From IMG/VR virus record IMGVR_UViG_3300032229_000588, positions 13,457 through 77,456 of that record: a stretch of DNA of 64,000 bases; one strand, 5' to 3'. Position 1 is the stretch's first letter, and each line of letters starts with the position of its first letter. The notes below the pieces were generated by a model. That model was not told where the DNA came from, did not search any database, and saw only the letters and a program-made list of their open reading frames with translations. The translations under genes were made by a program, and so were the position numbers. Shown one piece after another: positions 61,180 to 64,000 of this stretch. The stretch comes from a virus.

Positions 61180-61440
61180 ATGAAAAAATTAATTCTACTT
61201 TCTCTTGTTAGCTTATCACTTGTTAGTTGTAAATCTTACACTAATTTTAATGGTGAACAATATGGTAACATTCCGATGACCGATACTGTTAATGTTGTCG
61301 TTGGGTATGACTACATGTTTGAGAGTGAGTATGAAATAATGTCAAAATGGTCTGAAGAAGAAAAAGCGTACTTCTATGAGAATTTTGTATTTAGTTTCGA
61401 AGAATTAGAAGAAGAGACGGGTATTAAAATACCACATTAA
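61180..61440 (+). CDS. Lipoprotein
   Basis: MKKLILLSLVSLSLVS-C lipobox. Confidence 0.65.
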   Translation: MKKLILLSLVSLSLVSCKSYTNFNGEQYGNIPMTDTVNVVVGYDYMFESEYEIMSKWSEEEKAYFYENFVFSFEELEEETGIKIPH

Positions 61441-62525
61441 TTAGTTGCGTAAGATTTTAATCTTTCCTCGTCAGCCTTATTTTGAGCCCTACAAAAATAT
61501 CTTTTATTATTTTCGTAATGAACTAATACTTTATCTTTAGAATCTGGCATTGTTGGGGATTCACCTCTAAGTATTGCATTGATTCTTGATAATGGAATAA
61601 TGTTAACTTGATACGTCGTTGTAGGGTCACCAATCGGACTATCTGGTATTGATGGAGGATTAATTAATTCTAATATTATTCTCCATAACCCTTTTGATGT
61701 TTCATCAACCCCTTGAACTATTGACGGTCCAATTTCAATATTAGGTTTACTTGATGAGGTATTAATATCATTTAATTCAGAATAACAATACAGAGTTCCG
61801 ATTTTATCACCTTGTTCTTCTTTTATTATTGTTCTAATTAACTTCACTATTTCAGATTCAGTTATTCTAATTGTTTTTTTCATAGATTCATTCTTTGGTT
61901 TGTACGATACCATAGTTGGCTTATTACCCTTACCTATTTTTGGGTCTTTTTTCTCAGCTCTTCTTTTTTGAGAACATGCCGCTCTTTTTTGAGAATCAGT
62001 CATTTTAGATGCGACCCCTGCAGCTCGACATTTTGGATATCCCTTTGGGTCGGCATCAGGTCTACCACATGGAGGATGTCCTCCCCCTTCTTTTTTTCTA
62101 CAGATATTTACCCAAGGACCTTTTGGTTGTTTTGAACCTTTTGGTTTTTTCTTTGTTCCAAACCAAACCGCCAAATCCTCTTTAAGAGGACCAACTGCTT
62201 GTTGTATGATTTTTTCAGGTGGTTCCACATCGGCAACATTACTTCCTTCATCATCATTTTGTCCCGTATAAAAACTTTTCAAATATGCGTCTACTTGAGC
62301 AATTCTGTCAGTTCTTCTTTCTATTCTTTTCCTTTCTTCAGGTGTTTCTTTAAAATCTCCATCAGCTTCTTCATATGCCAATTCCGCATTATTATAACTA
62401 TAAACAGGATTAGTGAATGGTGCAACTTGGTCTTCAGTCCACGGTTGTGGTGATAGTACAATAGGTACTTTGAAATGACCTGCATTTCCTGAACCCGTGG
62501 CTTCACTAATTCTATTTCTTTTCAT
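61437..62525 (-). CDS. Multi-segment hypothetical protein (acidic, basic Cys-rich and C-terminal segments)
   Basis: EDLAVWFG...WVNIC...CGR...YPKC...; internal NESMKKTIRITESEIVKLIRTIIKEE; TATTTAT upstream. Confidence 0.55.
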   Translation of the reverse strand: MKRNRISEATGSGNAGHFKVPIVLSPQPWTEDQVAPFTNPVYSYNNAELAYEEADGDFKETPEERKRIERRTDRIAQVDAYLKSFYTGQNDDEGSNVADVEPPEKIIQQAVGPLKEDLAVWFGTKKKPKGSKQPKGPWVNICRKKEGGGHPPCGRPDADPKGYPKCRAAGVASKMTDSQKRAACSQKRRAEKKDPKIGKGNKPTMVSYKPKNESMKKTIRITESEIVKLIRTIIKEEQGDKIGTLYCYSELNDINTSSSKPNIEIGPSIVQGVDETSKGLWRIILELINPPSIPDSPIGDPTTTYQVNIIPLSRINAILRGESPTMPDSKDKVLVHYENNKRYFCRAQNKADEERLKSYATN

Positions 62526-62556
62526 ATACTTATTATAAATATATCGTTAATACATT

Positions 62557-62763
62557 ATGGAACAAGAAAAACAACCGATAGGATATCTTTTTGAGGAGGT
62601 TGCAATATACAATCCTGAAGACATTGATAATCTTATTGATGGGTTAACTGAAGAACAAGCAAAGTTTATGTTAATAAGGGCAGTTCAAATGGCGTATAAG
62701 AATGGATTATACTCATTAACCGAATCTGAACTTATATCTAAATCACTCAGAACATTAAAATAA
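62557..62763 (+). CDS. Hypothetical protein
   Basis: 68-aa ORF ending at a terminator. Confidence 0.55.
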   Translation: MEQEKQPIGYLFEEVAIYNPEDIDNLIDGLTEEQAKFMLIRAVQMAYKNGLYSLTESELISKSLRTLK

Positions 62764-62792
62764 AAAAGGGGTCTCACGGAACCCCTTTTTTT
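62762..62792. terminator. Bidirectional intrinsic terminator
   Basis: aaaaaaggggt...acccctttttt between convergent genes. Confidence 0.75.
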
Positions 62793-62797
62793 ATATC

Positions 62798-63568
62798 TTA
62801 TAATTTGTTACCACAAGTTGGACAAAACTTATATTTTGATTTTGTCTTGGTACCACATTCGGTACAGTAATGTTTAATATCCTCAGAGGTATTATTTTTA
62901 TTACTTAATGGTAAGATTTTAAAATCCAAACGATGTGACATCCAAGAATTAAAAGTTTCATTTGAACTACTAAATTTTTGATTGGATTTTTCACCCTTTT
63001 CAATTCTACCTGTTTCGATAGATTTTTTGGATTTAAGACTTCTAATGTTTGGACCTTCAAATGTATTAGTATTACTATTAAGAGATGTCATAGTAATGTT
63101 CGCACTTGATGAGCTGGTGGTAAAGGTCATATCACCATAATATGGTGAACCTGTATTAATATGTGAAAAACCAGTAGTCCAATTACCACCCGAAAGATGA
63201 GGGTATTGATTAAATGTTTGTTCATCATAGAATTCAATACTAACACCCCCATTTAAATCAATTGCGTCCCTGTTTGACGACGTATCTTTTACTTCGTAGG
63301 TACTGAACTCAAACTTGTTATTTGAGTCAAGGAAACGTTCTAAAAATACTCTTTGACCTGGTCGAATAATAAGTCCACTTGTAAAAACGTACTTACCATT
63401 CAATTTGATTTTACAAAGAATAGAATTTTGGGTTGGGTTATGAATTTCAAATTCAAAATTATCCTTATCGTTAAGGAATACGGTGTTACCGTTGTAGATT
63501 TTAAGACGCGACTTGTTTTTTGTAATGTGAGCAGTCGGCTTGCTCGCGCTAGTTGTTGTGTAATACAT
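62798..63568 (-). CDS. Hypothetical protein with C-terminal double-CxxC zinc ribbon
   Basis: Likely ATG 63568 (MYYTTT); GLIIRPGQRVFLERFLD; YCTECG...KFCPTCG. Confidence 0.7.
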   Translation of the reverse strand: MYYTTTSASKPTAHITKNKSRLKIYNGNTVFLNDKDNFEFEIHNPTQNSILCKIKLNGKYVFTSGLIIRPGQRVFLERFLDSNNKFEFSTYEVKDTSSNRDAIDLNGGVSIEFYDEQTFNQYPHLSGGNWTTGFSHINTGSPYYGDMTFTTSSSSANITMTSLNSNTNTFEGPNIRSLKSKKSIETGRIEKGEKSNQKFSSSNETFNSWMSHRLDFKILPLSNKNNTSEDIKHYCTECGTKTKSKYKFCPTCGNKL

Positions 63569-63597
63569 TTTTTTAATTTTATAATAGTTAATGACTA

Positions 63598-63660
63598 TGT
63601 TACCAATACCTTTGTGTCCGTGAATACTCAACAGCTTGTTAGGGCTGGGGACTGATAAAC
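63598..63660 (-). ncRNA. Candidate structured cis-regulatory RNA in a ~100-nt leader
   Basis: GC-richer leader with pairings GTCC/GGAC, CAGC/GCTG, TGA/TCA, and a competing TTATCAGT/ATTGGTAA. Confidence 0.35.
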
Positions 63661-63704
63661 TAAAATCTATTAATAAATATATACAATTTAATTTTTCTGT
63701 AAAT

Positions 63705-63737
63705 AAAAAAAGGAGACAATTTCTTGTCTCCTTTTTT
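63705..63737. terminator. Intrinsic terminator after the major capsid gene
   Basis: aaaaaaggagacaa-tttc-ttgtctcctttttt. Confidence 0.8.
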
Positions 63738-63754
63738 ATAGGGTAAGATATTGA

Positions 63755-64000
63755 TTATCTCAATTCTCTTAAGTCGAATGTTCTAACTCCATCAACTGTG
63801 ATACGATCGTAGAAACGGTTGTTAACCATCTTCTTAGCGTATCTAGTCATGATACCTTTGATTGGTGTAAAGTTGATTGTATTGTACATTGTAGGATTTA
63901 ATTGTAGAGGTACATACGGTGCGTAGATGTAACCTGTGTCCAATAGAGAAGTTCCTTTGTGACCCATCAATACTTGGTTTGGTGGGAAGTAAGGGTCTCT
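63755..64000 (-). CDS. Major capsid protein (gp23-like), C-terminal fragment
   Basis: RDPYFP.NQVLMGHKG.SLLDTGYIYAPYVPLQ...FTPIKGIMTRYAKKMVNNRFY; frame open to the window edge. Confidence 0.88.
   Translation of the reverse strand, partial: RDPYFPPNQVLMGHKGTSLLDTGYIYAPYVPLQLNPTMYNTINFTPIKGIMTRYAKKMVNNRFYDRITVDGVRTFDLRELR

Noticed and set aside
1-64000. Stop-codon reassignment as in some Bacteroidota jumbo phages
   Set aside because: Sheath, PolB, helicase and others are uninterrupted in the standard code, coding density is high, and TGA acts as a stop.
63755-64000. Apparently atypical residues in the capsid C-terminus (LNPTMYNTINF, FYDRI)
   Set aside because: Each could be a single change to A relative to the consensus I recall, near the sequence edge. 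Read-end error is plausible and cannot be judged without reads.
1-64000. tRNA/rRNA genes, IS elements, integrase, cellular contractile injection system
   Set aside because: Intergenic gaps are short with no cloverleaf or transposase motifs. Capsid, neck, PolB and sigma genes show this is a phage rather than an eCIS/T6SS locus.

Overview
This window is part of an AT-rich, jumbo-type myophage genome with T4-like structural genes; no cellular housekeeping genes are present. It contains tail genes (sheath, gp19-like tube, gp26/gp51-like chaperone, tape measure, tube initiator, gp15-like terminator, gp13/gp14-like neck, gp5-like spike) and the 3' end of the gp23-like major capsid gene. It also encodes family-B DNA polymerase, a SNF2/HARP-like helicase, PhoH, dUTPase and a gp55-like late sigma factor. 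A TTG-N21-TATCTTTG promoter and A-rich, SD-less starts point to a Bacteroidota host. The most notable system is at 19.9-34.4 kb (- strand): a run of Thr/Pro-rich mucin-like modular proteins followed directly by a coupled four-gene glycosyltransferase operon led by a GT60-type polypeptide GlcNAc transferase. A second glycan island (37-53 kb) has GDP-mannose 3,5-epimerase, GT10/GT11/GT23-like transferases and O-methyltransferases. Together these suggest a phage-encoded mucin-type O-glycosylation ('virion glycocalyx') system. Other signals: a sense-strand TATTTAT promoter motif at about 19 gene starts, a candidate +1/-2 frameshift in the tail chaperone, an SOD-nuclease-like fusion, two candidate structured RNA leaders, an unannotated RHH regulator, and several apparently catalytically degenerate enzymes. 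All family assignments are by eye from motifs; no searches were run.
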